Positions 49,450 to 60,114 of a stretch of 64,000 nucleotides of DNA are shown one piece after another; the first letter of the stretch is position 1; each line of letters begins with the position of its first letter. This DNA is from an uncultured Verrucomicrobiae bacterium (GTDB lineage: Bacteria; Verrucomicrobiota; Verrucomicrobiia; Limisphaerales; Palsa-1400). The position numbers and the translations under genes are program-made. The stretch lies in NCBI GenBank assembly GCA_963702845.1, contig OY969763.1, positions 1,472,001 through 1,536,000 on the forward strand, written 5' to 3'. Under the pieces are notes generated by a model. The model did not search any database. It worked only from the letters and a program-made list of their open reading frames with translations, and had not been told where the DNA came from.

Positions 49450-49590
49450 TTCTTCGGTAACACGCGTGCCAGTTTTTGAATCCGAGGTTCGCCATTAAGA
49501 CCCATGCGTCCGTTGTAAACTAATTGTTTTTGAACCTCCCGCATCTTCTCCCCTTGTCTTGGTGCTTTGGTGGTGAAAATCTCAACTCCG

Positions 49591-49750
49591 ATTCTGTAAT
49601 CCGTAATTTGTAATTTCCGACCAAAAACCCCGCTAGGGGTGCCATATCTATAGAACCCAATCCACATCACCTCCCAATTTATTTTTTGTTGCGGCACTCG
49701 ATGTGCCGCGACAAAAACGCCGCGCATAAACCGCACAACATGGACAATTC
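49591..49750 (+). repeat. ~160 bp structured direct repeat, copy 1
   Basis: Matches 59677-59831: AAAACCCCGCTAGGG.TGCCAT.TCTATAGAACCCAATCC...TTTTTGT.G.GGCACTCGATGTGCCGCGACAAAA.CGCCGCGCATAAA. Confidence 0.9.
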
Positions 49751-50070
49751 TTTTTTATTCATCCGGCGACTTAGCAAAGTCACTTGGACAACGGCTGGGT
49801 AAGTGGAAATCGTTTTGGTGATCGGAAGAATCTCAAATCCTCTAAAGCTGCGTCAAACCATGTTGATGGATCGTGATAGGACAATTGGCCAATTCGCCGC
49901 GTTCGCACTACTCCGAATACCTCCATTTGCTGAACGCAATCAGCGAGCGTTTTCGAGGTGACAACTTTCAACCGATTACTCACAATTAACGGCGTTTCAG
50001 TTGACTGTAAGTCGTTGCTGACGGTGAAATAAAGGGTGGGCGCCAGTTTTCCCGCCGAAAAACATACCCA

Positions 50071-53000
50071 ATGAAATCGCTCGCTGCATTTGGCCGTTGT
50101 ATCGTCTTGTTTGCGCTTTGTATAAATGGCGTCGTTGCGTTTGCCGCGCCACCGAAACCGGATTTGGCGCTGACGATTACCGCGCTTCCGAGTCCGGCGT
50201 CGGTTGGAGAAATCTTCACTTACAATTTGGCGGTTACCAACATCGGCAACGCATCGGCTACTCAAGTGCATCTGGTCTGCACGCTTTCGTCGAATGCGAC
50301 ATTTTTCAGCGCGACGTTGCCGCAGGGAACCTTCACGCAAAGCAATAACGTAGTCAGTTGTGATATAGGCAGTGTTAGCGGCGGCGCTGGATTCGTGATC
50401 AAGGTCGCGGTGTTCGGACAAAGCGCCGGCACAACTTCAAATTCGGCAACCATCAGCACCGTAGATACGGAATTGAGCCTTGCGAACAATTCTGCGGCGC
50501 AGAACGTGACTGTTTCGCCATTTACTTTTTACCCCGGCCCAAACTTGAACGTCGGGCGCGTTTATCACGTTGGAACGAGTTTGGCCGATGGACGTGTTTT
50601 GTACACTGGCGGACTTTCTTCCGCGACCAGATTGGCGAGCGCGGAGATCTACGATCCGCAAACCCAAACGATGACGCCGACCGGCAACATGAATTTTGCG
50701 CGGAACAGTCATGCCGGCACATTGCTGGCCGACGGAACTGTTTTGATTACTGGCGGTGTCGGCGCGACAACGGCGGCGGAGATTTTCAACCCTGCGACCG
50801 GCGCTTTCACGGTTGTCAGTAACATGAACAACGGACATGTGAACCATACCGCGACGCTGTTGAAAGATGGACGTGTGCTGGTGGAAGGCAACTCGGGTGA
50901 TGCGCCGTTCAACGTCGCTGAAATCTACACGCCAGCACTCCATACGTTCACAAAAATCACGAACAAGAATTATGGAACGTATTACCACAAGGCCTTTCGG
51001 CTGGCGGACGGCAAGGTGCTTTTGCCGGCAGGCGCGGATGGTAACAGTTATTCCGATCAAACTGTTTGCGAGTTCTACGATCCGGTCGCGAACGCGTTTA
51101 CTGCGACGGCGCCGTTGAATTACATGCGGTCGATGTACGGAGGCGTGACGTTGTTGGACGGGCGCATCTTTGTTGCTGGCGGGAATTACGGTTGGCAAAC
51201 GGCGGAATTGTTTAACACCAATTCCCAAACGTGGACGACGTGCACGAACCTAATGACGACGACGCATTATTTCGCGACGGCGTCGCTGCTGCCCGACGGC
51301 AAGGTGCTCGTGGCCGGTTACACGGTTGATACCGATCTTTATGATCCGGTCGCCAACAAATTCCTACGCGCGGCCAAAATGATTTCAGCGCGAAATTATT
51401 TCACAGCGAATTCGCTTCCGGACGGGAGCATTATCTTCGCAGGAGGCGACGGTTATTTGGCGAGCACCGAAATCTATGATGCGGCCCGCACGAAAGCGCC
51501 GCCCGCGCTGTCGGTAAGCGATGCTTCTGTTGTTGAAGGCAATTCCGGTTCGACCAACCTGGTGTTTAATGTGACGCTTTCATCGCCGATGGGAGTGCCC
51601 GTTTCGGTGTATTTTAACAGTGGATTCGGCAGTGCGACCGCTGGGTCTGATTTCGTCGCGACCAATGGAATGCTGGTTTTTGTGCCCGGCGTCACGAACC
51701 AAACCGTTTCCGTTACTGTTTTCGGCGACTTGGATTATGAGGGTGATGAAACTTTGGTGCTCGGTCTCTACAGCCCCAGCAATGCTGTGCTGGACCTTGC
51801 GCACTCGAGTGGCACTGGAACTATTCTCAACGACGATGGGCAACCTTCGATCACGATTGCGCCAGCTTCGCGCTACGAAGGTAATATTGGCACGACCAAC
51901 ATGGTGTTGAACGTGTCCTTATCGGGAGCGTCTTATCAGACGATCACCGTCAATTACGTCACGGTGGATGGGACTGCGACGGCTGGAAGCGATTATGCGG
52001 CGACGAATGGTGTTATTACTTTTCCGCCCGGAACCACCAACCAGACAGTTTCAGTGGTAATTTATGGTGACGTTCAGGTCGAACCAAATGAAACATTCGC
52101 GGTGCAGTTGTCCAATCCGACGAATGCGACGATCGCAACGGCTTCGGCAACGGCAACCATTTTGGATGACGATGGAACACCTGGCTTTATCCATCACTTC
52201 GAGATTGTTTTGCCGTCGGGTCCCATCTACTCGACGGGCCCGACACCGTTCACCATTAATGCGCGCGATTTCGGCGGTGGTATTGCAACAAATTTTTCCG
52301 GGCGGGTTTTGCTGATGGTCGGCTTCGGGGATGAAGCGCCGCAACATTTTGGTTTTGAAGATGGGCAACTCGGCAGTTGGACGCCGACTTACGGCGGCAC
52401 ACAACCGGGGCCGTATGAAATCAAATATTTTAACGTGACCGCCAGCAACGAGTTTTCAATGGCGTTTCGCACCGCCGCCGGTTACGGCACCGACGGGATC
52501 GTGCGGCAGGTGCCGCTCACAGGCGGGCGGCGTTATTTCGTGACGGGCGATTTTGCCGAAAGCAATGAGGGCGGCGGATCAAATGGCGGTGATACGATAG
52601 CAAATCTAATCTTAAACAACTTTACGCTCGGTCAGTATCACTTTGGAGGCGTTAACGGCGGCCAGGTTTTGCGCACTAATTTGGGCGGATACTTTGACGC
52701 ACCTGCGACGACAACTTACCCGCTGGCTTTGCTGTTCAGCCGTGATCCGTGGTCGGAATTATATTCTATTGGCGCCTTCGCGGATGAAGTTGTGATCGGC
52801 GCAGGCGCGATCACGCCGCGTTTCACCGCGCATTTCACCAATGGCGTGTGGTCGGGAACGAATGCGATCGGCGCGCCGGGAACGAACTATGTCCTTTATG
52901 CGAAAGACCTGGAAGGACACATCGGAAACAGTTCCGTCTTCACGGTGCAGCCGGTGGGCGATGTTGTTGTGCGCACGGCGGTGACGCCAATAACGCCGCG

Positions 53001-56000
53001 AGTCGGGTCGAACGTGACAGTCACATTGAACGTTACGAACCTCGGTCCAGGCGCAGCGTCCGGAGTGGTTGTCAGCAATTTGCTCCCGCCTGAATTGCAG
53101 TTCCTTTCCGCCACATCGAGTTCTGGGCCCTGCACCGTTTCGAATGGAGTGCTTTTTTGTAACGTAGGCGATTTGGCGGTAAACCAATCTGCTTTTGTGC
53201 GATTTGACATGCGGCCAGTCACCTTCGGCACGGTCACTAACAACGCCGGCGCATGGCCGATCGGGTTCGACCCACAACCGACCAACAACATTTCCACGAC
53301 AAGCATCGCGATCAGTCCTGCGCTGATTTCTGTTTCAGACGTGAACGTGATGGAAGCGACAAATGCCACGACGAATGCGGTGTTCACCATCACAGTAGGG
53401 GATCCACACTCGGATACGATCACGGTCAACTACGCTACAGCGGACGTGACAGCGACGGCGGGACTGGATTACGTTGCCAGCTCAGGTCAGCTCACCTTTC
53501 CGCCCGGGGTAAGCACGCAGACCGTCAGTGTTGTGGTTTTGGATGACACCTTGGCTGAGGCGACCGAGACTTTTCGGCTTCAACTATCGAGTCCCACAAA
53601 CGCTGCTTTGGCCGGCACCGGTTACGGAACGGCGAGCATCTTGGACAATGGCGATCCCTGGCCGCAAATCTCGATCAACGATATTTCTCTACTCGAAGGC
53701 GACGTTGGGTCGTTCAGCGCTGTGTTCACGGTAACGTTTGATCGCCCGGCTGGATCGGCCATCACTTTGATGTATTCGACGACGAACGGCACGGCCATAT
53801 CTCCTGATGATTATAGCGGCGTGACAAATGCCTCGGTCACGTTTTCTGCCGGACAAACCAATCGGACCATCACCATTTTTACGCGCGGGGATAGGATCAA
53901 TGAACCAGACGAAACATTTACCGTCGCGCTAAGCCTCAGTCCGAACAATCCAAACTCGGGCACATTTACCAAGCGCATCGGAACGTGCACGATTTTGAAC
54001 GACGACGCTGTGCCCGGCAGGCTGGATCATTTTGCCTGGACGGTTTCATCACCGCAGTTTGCAAACCTTCCTTTTGCGGCTTCGCTGATGGCGCAGGACG
54101 CATTTAACAATCCCGCGACCAACTCTTTGACTTCGGTTCCGCTGTCCGCCACGTTCGGCACCAATGGCACGAAAACTACGCTCACGCCAACTTCGGCTTC
54201 CGGTTTTACCAATTCAGTTTGGAATGGCACGATCACGCTTTTCGCAACCAACGCACCGATCGTCTTAGTCGCCAGCAACAGCGCAGGGCAACTCGGTACG
54301 AGTATTCCAATAACTGTGCTGCCGCCGATCGCGACCAGCCTGCAACTGCCCGCAAGCGTGACCGAAGGCGATGGCATACTCGTTAATGGCGGTGCTTTAA
54401 CCGTCGCTACCGCGCGCGGAGTTGACACGACGTTTGCGCTCAGCTCAAGTGACACGTCAGAATTGATCGTGCCGACGAACGTCGTGCTGCTCGCCGGCCA
54501 AACCAACGTTTTGTTCAATTTGACTGTCGTGGACGACGCGACTCTCGATGGAACACATAACGCGACGATTACAGCGAGCACGCCAGGTTACGTCACAAGC
54601 GCCGTTGCCGTTCCGGTGCACGATAACGAAACGGCTTCGTTGTCTGTTTCAGCGCCTGGCAACGTCTCTGAATCGGCAGGCACAGTTACGGGCACAGTGA
54701 CCATCAGTTCGCCTCCCGGCGATTCCGTGCAGGTATTTCTCAATAGCAGCGACACCACGGAAATCCAAGTGCCCGCTTCGATCATCGTGCCGGCCGGCCA
54801 GACCTCCACAACGTTCAACATCACTGTCGTCAATGACATCGAATTGGACGGACCGCAGACGGCGCGCATAACAGCCCATGTTCAGAATTGGACGGATGGA
54901 TTCGCGGACGTCACCGTGGCGGACGACGATACCAACACCGTTTTCGTCGCCTTTTCAGCGCCGGGCGCAACTTTCTTTGAAGGCAGCGGCGCGGTGGCGA
55001 ACGCAACGGTGCGCCTGGGTGGAACCGTGACATCCAACGTGACGGTGTCGCTGACCTCCAGCATGCCAAGTAAGCTCGGCGTGGCTGCGAGCGTGGTTGT
55101 TCCGGCCGGCAGCAACTCTGTTTTGTTGCCGATCACTGTGCCGGATGACTCGAATTTTGATGGCACGCAAACCGTCACGATCACGCCGTCGGCCGCCGGA
55201 TTCTTTTCGATTCCAACGAATGTCACCGTTGCCGACAACGATCTGCATCATTTCAGTTTCAGCCCAATCGCGGCCAGCGTCGAAGCGACGATTCCTTTCA
55301 ACCTGACCGTTTACGCAAAAGACATCAACGACGTCACCATTTCGAATTTTTCCGGCACCGGTCCGTTTACTGCCAGCAACGTCAATGGCCCCATTCCGAT
55401 CTCTGTGTCCGTTCTATCGATGGTGGCAGGCCAATGGTCTGGCACCGTCAGTTTCCCAACTTGGGAATTTTCTGGTGTCCGATTTACCGCCGGCAGCGGC
55501 GGCGCCGCGAGCCAAAGTTCTGCTTTCAACGTCACCCCGCCGAGATTGTCTACGATTAACTGGCCTGCATCCGAATTGGTGTATAGCCCTCTGACCCAGC
55601 GCATCTACGTGAACGCGACTTCGACCGGCAATCTCACGCCCTTGAACCCGTTCCAAATGATATTAGATACCTCCGTGAACATCGGAAGTCTTGGCGGAAA
55701 AATGGTCGTCGCAGATTCTGGTGAATACATCTATCTCGAACGCGGTGGCGGTTACATCACTCGCTTCAATGTCGCGTCGAATGCTGCGGACCTTTTCTGG
55801 AATTGTGGCGCCGCGCAAATTGAGGACATGGCAGCGGTACCCAATTGGCCTACAGCGGTCGCCATCGCCCGAATGGATACTTCAACCAGCCCGCGCACGC
55901 GCGGGACCGTCATTTTCGAAAACAACACTGCTTTGCCCAACGGCGGGGGCGGAAACGTCATCGAATTCGTTTCGCCGACCCGCGCCTACATCTACAATAA

Positions 56001-58053
56001 CGAAACCACCGGCTTCGATTTCCGGCGTTACAACGTCAACAGCAACGGGCTCAACTTCGAAAGCTCCATCGGTCTTTTGTCAGGTTTTGGCGTCAACTTC
56101 TCTTGCCGCGGCGGGTTGGTATTTGCGAGCAGCGGCCAGATCGCGGATGGTGAGCGAGGCATTCAGATTGGCAACAGTCCCTCTGGTATGATGATCGCCG
56201 GCTCGGCGACGGAAGGCCGTTTTTACAGCGTCACTTCAACTCTGCTCACCGCCTGGGACCTGCACACGCTTTTACCTGTAGGAACAATGAGCTACTCCGC
56301 AGTCGGCACGCCGACCGGCAATCTGATCCGCTGGAGCACCAATGGCCTGGCGTTTCGCACAACCAGTTCGCTGGTGGCGATTTTGCGCACGGGTCTCGTG
56401 CCTGCTGGCGCGCCGACGGATTTGCAACTCACAGTGGCCAGCGCCGATCCTTCAGCAAACGTTGGCAGCAATTATGTGTGTACATTCCTGATCTCCAATG
56501 CCGGTCCTAACATCGCGACAAATGTCGTATTTTCACAGACTTTGCCTTCCGTCGCGAGTCTCGTTTTGGTTTCCAGCCCGGGCAGCGCGACGGCAACAGT
56601 TTCTGGCGGGTTCGTTTGCACGATTCCTTCAATCGCGCCAGGCGCGGCAACTCCGGTGTCGGTGACATTGAGACCGGTTAAACCGGGTGTGATGGGCTGG
56701 CGAGTCGGCGTGACCAGTGGCACCGCCGATCCCGATCTGAGTAACAACCGTCTTTCACTCAGCGCCGCTGTAACTTTCGTCACGGGTTACGATTCGATAA
56801 CTGAATTCGCGCTGCCGGCAAACGACCTCGCTTGGGATGCCGTCCATGGAACCGTTTGTGCGAGCGTTCCCAACGCAAATTGGCTGCTTGGCAATTCGAT
56901 CGTGACGTTTAATCCGCTGACCGGTGCCTATCCTTCGTTGATTGCGACCGCCACCGAGCCGAACAAATTGGCGATTGCAGATAATGGCCAGTATCTCTAC
57001 TCCTCGCTCGGTTCAGAGGCCAGCATTCAGCGCATCAACCTGGTAACGCGCGTTGCCGACCTGAAATTCCCGACCGGCTATAACGGCGTCAACGACATGC
57101 AAGTAATGCCGGGTCATGCCGAGGTCCTGGCGGCAACAGTTCATACAACAGTTGCGATTTACGACAACGGTGTGATTCGGCCGAATGTTCTTTCACCGAC
57201 ACCTTATAATTTCGGTTACGCCCTTGAATTTGGCGCGACCAGCAATCGGCTGTATGCGACCTTCCCAACTGGATTCCGGCGCATCGATGTAAACGCAAAC
57301 GGCGCAACTTCGCTGGATGACAACTATTCGCTGCTGCCCTACACATTTTCTTACGACATAAATTACAGCGGCAACCGTGTCTATACCGCAGGCGGGATTG
57401 TCATCGATCCTGAAAACGAGACGGTTCTGACGACACTTCCGTACAGTGGGCTTGTGGTTGGTGATGCTGCGGGCGGTCATACATACTTTCTAACAACTTC
57501 CGGCAGCACAGCGGTAATGCATGTGCTGGATTTACCGTCATACACCGAACTGAAAACCGTTACGATCACGAACATCTCCGGTACCTGCGCGAGCCTCGTT
57601 CGCTGGGGAGCAGACGGATTGGCGTTCCGCACAACCGGCGGCCAAGTGTTTCTTGTTCGCACAACAGCGGCGGACGATCGGGACTGGGATGGTATGGCGG
57701 ATTCGTGGGAAATTGCGCATTTCGGCTCGATCAACGCGCCAGGCGGCGGGCCAAACGATGACCCCGACGGCGATGGGATGACTAATCTCGACGAGTTCCG
57801 CGCCGGCACAGATCCCAAGGACGCCCAAAGCGCGCTGCACATTAGCGCTATTAAGGCGGTGGCCGGGCAATTGCGTGTGAGTTTTCCGACAGTTGTCGGC
57901 AAGAAGTATCGCGTTGAACGCAGTGCAAGTCTTAATGTTGGAAGCTGGAGCATAGTTGCCGATAACGTGGCCGGCACAGGAGACAGTATTGAAATCGCAA
58001 GTTCGCCTCTCACCAACTCTCCTACCTTTTTGCGGTTGACCTTGCTTCCGTGA
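50071..58053 (+). CDS. Giant secreted protein (2660 aa): DUF11, Kelch propeller, Calx-beta repeats, two further beta-propellers, Asp-rich Ca-binding motif, C-terminal module
   Basis: Signal peptide; R..H..T.L.DG.VL..GG Kelch units; V.EG...ATAG.DY...E.DETF Calx-beta units; RW..(N/D)GLAFRT twice; DRDWDGMADSWE...DPDGDGMTNLDEFRAGTDP. Confidence 0.88.
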   Translation: MKSLAAFGRCIVLFALCINGVVAFAAPPKPDLALTITALPSPASVGEIFTYNLAVTNIGNASATQVHLVCTLSSNATFFSATLPQGTFTQSNNVVSCDIGSVSGGAGFVIKVAVFGQSAGTTSNSATISTVDTELSLANNSAAQNVTVSPFTFYPGPNLNVGRVYHVGTSLADGRVLYTGGLSSATRLASAEIYDPQTQTMTPTGNMNFARNSHAGTLLADGTVLITGGVGATTAAEIFNPATGAFTVVSNMNNGHVNHTATLLKDGRVLVEGNSGDAPFNVAEIYTPALHTFTKITNKNYGTYYHKAFRLADGKVLLPAGADGNSYSDQTVCEFYDPVANAFTATAPLNYMRSMYGGVTLLDGRIFVAGGNYGWQTAELFNTNSQTWTTCTNLMTTTHYFATASLLPDGKVLVAGYTVDTDLYDPVANKFLRAAKMISARNYFTANSLPDGSIIFAGGDGYLASTEIYDAARTKAPPALSVSDASVVEGNSGSTNLVFNVTLSSPMGVPVSVYFNSGFGSATAGSDFVATNGMLVFVPGVTNQTVSVTVFGDLDYEGDETLVLGLYSPSNAVLDLAHSSGTGTILNDDGQPSITIAPASRYEGNIGTTNMVLNVSLSGASYQTITVNYVTVDGTATAGSDYAATNGVITFPPGTTNQTVSVVIYGDVQVEPNETFAVQLSNPTNATIATASATATILDDDGTPGFIHHFEIVLPSGPIYSTGPTPFTINARDFGGGIATNFSGRVLLMVGFGDEAPQHFGFEDGQLGSWTPTYGGTQPGPYEIKYFNVTASNEFSMAFRTAAGYGTDGIVRQVPLTGGRRYFVTGDFAESNEGGGSNGGDTIANLILNNFTLGQYHFGGVNGGQVLRTNLGGYFDAPATTTYPLALLFSRDPWSELYSIGAFADEVVIGAGAITPRFTAHFTNGVWSGTNAIGAPGTNYVLYAKDLEGHIGNSSVFTVQPVGDVVVRTAVTPITPRVGSNVTVTLNVTNLGPGAASGVVVSNLLPPELQFLSATSSSGPCTVSNGVLFCNVGDLAVNQSAFVRFDMRPVTFGTVTNNAGAWPIGFDPQPTNNISTTSIAISPALISVSDVNVMEATNATTNAVFTITVGDPHSDTITVNYATADVTATAGLDYVASSGQLTFPPGVSTQTVSVVVLDDTLAEATETFRLQLSSPTNAALAGTGYGTASILDNGDPWPQISINDISLLEGDVGSFSAVFTVTFDRPAGSAITLMYSTTNGTAISPDDYSGVTNASVTFSAGQTNRTITIFTRGDRINEPDETFTVALSLSPNNPNSGTFTKRIGTCTILNDDAVPGRLDHFAWTVSSPQFANLPFAASLMAQDAFNNPATNSLTSVPLSATFGTNGTKTTLTPTSASGFTNSVWNGTITLFATNAPIVLVASNSAGQLGTSIPITVLPPIATSLQLPASVTEGDGILVNGGALTVATARGVDTTFALSSSDTSELIVPTNVVLLAGQTNVLFNLTVVDDATLDGTHNATITASTPGYVTSAVAVPVHDNETASLSVSAPGNVSESAGTVTGTVTISSPPGDSVQVFLNSSDTTEIQVPASIIVPAGQTSTTFNITVVNDIELDGPQTARITAHVQNWTDGFADVTVADDDTNTVFVAFSAPGATFFEGSGAVANATVRLGGTVTSNVTVSLTSSMPSKLGVAASVVVPAGSNSVLLPITVPDDSNFDGTQTVTITPSAAGFFSIPTNVTVADNDLHHFSFSPIAASVEATIPFNLTVYAKDINDVTISNFSGTGPFTASNVNGPIPISVSVLSMVAGQWSGTVSFPTWEFSGVRFTAGSGGAASQSSAFNVTPPRLSTINWPASELVYSPLTQRIYVNATSTGNLTPLNPFQMILDTSVNIGSLGGKMVVADSGEYIYLERGGGYITRFNVASNAADLFWNCGAAQIEDMAAVPNWPTAVAIARMDTSTSPRTRGTVIFENNTALPNGGGGNVIEFVSPTRAYIYNNETTGFDFRRYNVNSNGLNFESSIGLLSGFGVNFSCRGGLVFASSGQIADGERGIQIGNSPSGMMIAGSATEGRFYSVTSTLLTAWDLHTLLPVGTMSYSAVGTPTGNLIRWSTNGLAFRTTSSLVAILRTGLVPAGAPTDLQLTVASADPSANVGSNYVCTFLISNAGPNIATNVVFSQTLPSVASLVLVSSPGSATATVSGGFVCTIPSIAPGAATPVSVTLRPVKPGVMGWRVGVTSGTADPDLSNNRLSLSAAVTFVTGYDSITEFALPANDLAWDAVHGTVCASVPNANWLLGNSIVTFNPLTGAYPSLIATATEPNKLAIADNGQYLYSSLGSEASIQRINLVTRVADLKFPTGYNGVNDMQVMPGHAEVLAATVHTTVAIYDNGVIRPNVLSPTPYNFGYALEFGATSNRLYATFPTGFRRIDVNANGATSLDDNYSLLPYTFSYDINYSGNRVYTAGGIVIDPENETVLTTLPYSGLVVGDAAGGHTYFLTTSGSTAVMHVLDLPSYTELKTVTITNISGTCASLVRWGADGLAFRTTGGQVFLVRTTAADDRDWDGMADSWEIAHFGSINAPGGGPNDDPDGDGMTNLDEFRAGTDPKDAQSALHISAIKAVAGQLRVSFPTVVGKKYRVERSASLNVGSWSIVADNVAGTGDSIEIASSPLTNSPTFLRLTLLP

Positions 58054-58147
58054 TAAAAACCAAAGTTGGCATTTGATTGACTTCTGAATTCGTCTCGGTC
58101 AAAACCGTGACGCACAACCTCAACGGGGTGGTTCGCCTCTTTGGTTT

Positions 58148-59654
58148 ATGATGAAACGAATATTTTGTCTTATAATACTCGGCTCGGGATGCCTGACGCA
58201 GTCAGTCAACGCCGCCACATTTTTCTCCTTCACCAGTTCAGCCAGCGCTTGGATCGGCGGTGGCAAAACAACGAACATTACGGGCGTTACTGCCAGTCAC
58301 ACGGGAAGTCTGGGTGCCTATACCGATTCGGTGCATCTCGCCGGCGGCGGATATGAGCTGGTCATTGTTGGACCGGCCTTGGCCACGCCACTGGTTGGTT
58401 TTTATCCAAACGCTACTCGATGGCCATTCATGGGCTCGGGGCCAGGCTTGGACTTCAACTCGCCCGGTCGCGGCGACAACACCCTCTCAGGTTGGTTCAA
58501 TGTGTTGCAGGCAGACTATGACGTGTCCGGACAGCCGACCGCCTTCGCCGTGGATTTTGTGCAATTTGACGAAACCAACACAAACGCGTGGAATCGGGGA
58601 AGCGTTCGATTCAACTCCGACATCCCGGCGCCTGGTCCGGTGCCATCAACGGTCATTAGTAACATGGTTACGACCAACGGTATCATCCAATTCACATTGA
58701 CCGGCCCTCCGACTACCAACTGCATCGTTCAAGTATCATCTAACCTCGTGGCATGGACACCGCTGATGACCAATGCAATTTCACCCGTCGGATTGCTCGC
58801 CATCTCCGACTCCGGTGCGACTAGTCAAGCGACCCGTTTTTATCGAGTTACATACGCGCCGAGCGGAGGCAGCGGAGGCGGTAACGGATCCAACGACCAA
58901 TTCGCTAATCGCATCCAAATTCTATCCGCTGGCGGAACCGTAATCGGATCGAATACAACCGCCACCATCGAAACCGGCGAACCGAATCACGGCGGCGCAC
59001 CCGGTGGCAAATCGGTGTGGTGGACCTGGACGGCACCGGCGAGCGGCATCGTTTCCGTCACTACGGACGGCAGGACTCTTTGATACCACCCTCGGAGTTT
59101 ATACGGGCACGACGGTTTCCAGCCTGACGTCCATCGTCCAGGACGACGAAGGCGGCGTGGGCTCTTGCAGCCGCGTTATCTTTACCGCAACCGCCGGCGT
59201 CACGTATCAGATCGCCGTCGATGGCTACTACGGCGCAAGCGGCACCATCGCCTTGACCCTGAAGCCCGGCCTCTTGAACGATGCTTTTGCTAACCGGCTG
59301 CAATTGACGGGAACCTACGATTACGTTAACGGATGCAACATAGGCGCGACTCGGGAGGCGAATGAACCGTTTCATTATTCGTCAACGGGTGGTCAATCCG
59401 TCTGGTGGCAGTGGCAGGCCCCGCTAACCGGCACCGTTACCATCTCCACCTCCGGTAGCAATTTTGATACAATCTTGGCGGCTTATACCGGGACATCGCT
59501 GACCAGCCTTTCGTTGGTCGCCAACAGCGACGATTACGGCGGATATGCGACAAGCCAGATCAGTTTCACCGCCACCGCTGGAACGGTCTACAAGATTGCA
59601 GTGGACGGTTACGGTACGGCATCCGGGGTTATCGCCTTGGTTTTGCAGCAGTGA
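58148..59654 (+). pseudogene. Secreted protein with two PPC-like (pre-peptidase) repeats, frameshifted near 59070-59080
   Basis: First repeat NDQFANR..GSN..AT.E.GEP.H..SVWWTWTAP..TTDG breaks and resumes in another frame with FDTTLGVYTG..YQIAVDG; second repeat intact. Confidence 0.75.
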
Positions 59655-59676
59655 TGGTGGAGATCAAAGATTTTGT

Positions 59677-59831
59677 ATTCTGTAATCTTTGCTTTGTCGT
59701 TCCGACGAAAACCCCGCTAGGGTTGCCATGTCTATAGAACCCAATCCGCCCATCTTCCAATTATTTTTGTCGTGGCACTCGATGTGCCGCGACAAAACGC
59801 CGCGCATAAATCACACACCATGTAACGATTC
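59677..59831 (+). repeat. ~160 bp structured direct repeat, copy 2
   Basis: Same orientation and motifs as 49591-49750. Confidence 0.9.
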
Positions 59832-60114
59832 AATAAAGAGTGAGCAGATTTGATTTCCACACCGGCCCTAATGGGTGACCCCTTTTTTGGCGCAGGAAAG
59901 CCTCGGCGAGTGATCTCCGTCAGTTTCGATCCGGGCTATAAGTTGTGTAAAAAGTTGGGGCTGACCCCGGGACGACCGTCCCCGCACGTAAAGCTACGCC
60001 CAGCGCGGCATCTAAATCGTCCTCGCCCTCGATTTAGGACATTTCGGGAGCCGTCCGCTGCCCCGCTTTCCCCTTTCCGGTTTCGCCGAGTTCCTGCAAC
60101 ATTGCCGCACACGT

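Noticed and set aside
49780..50421. 213 aa - strand ORF, including a ~63-codon intergenic tail
   Set aside because: Largely antisense to the giant Kelch gene; the tail has no recognisable motif or start context.
49591..59831. Direct repeats as CRISPR repeats, integron attC sites or IS ends
   Set aside because: Only two long copies 10 kb apart; no RYYYAAC/GTTRRRY box pair evident; no cas, integrase or transposase in the window.
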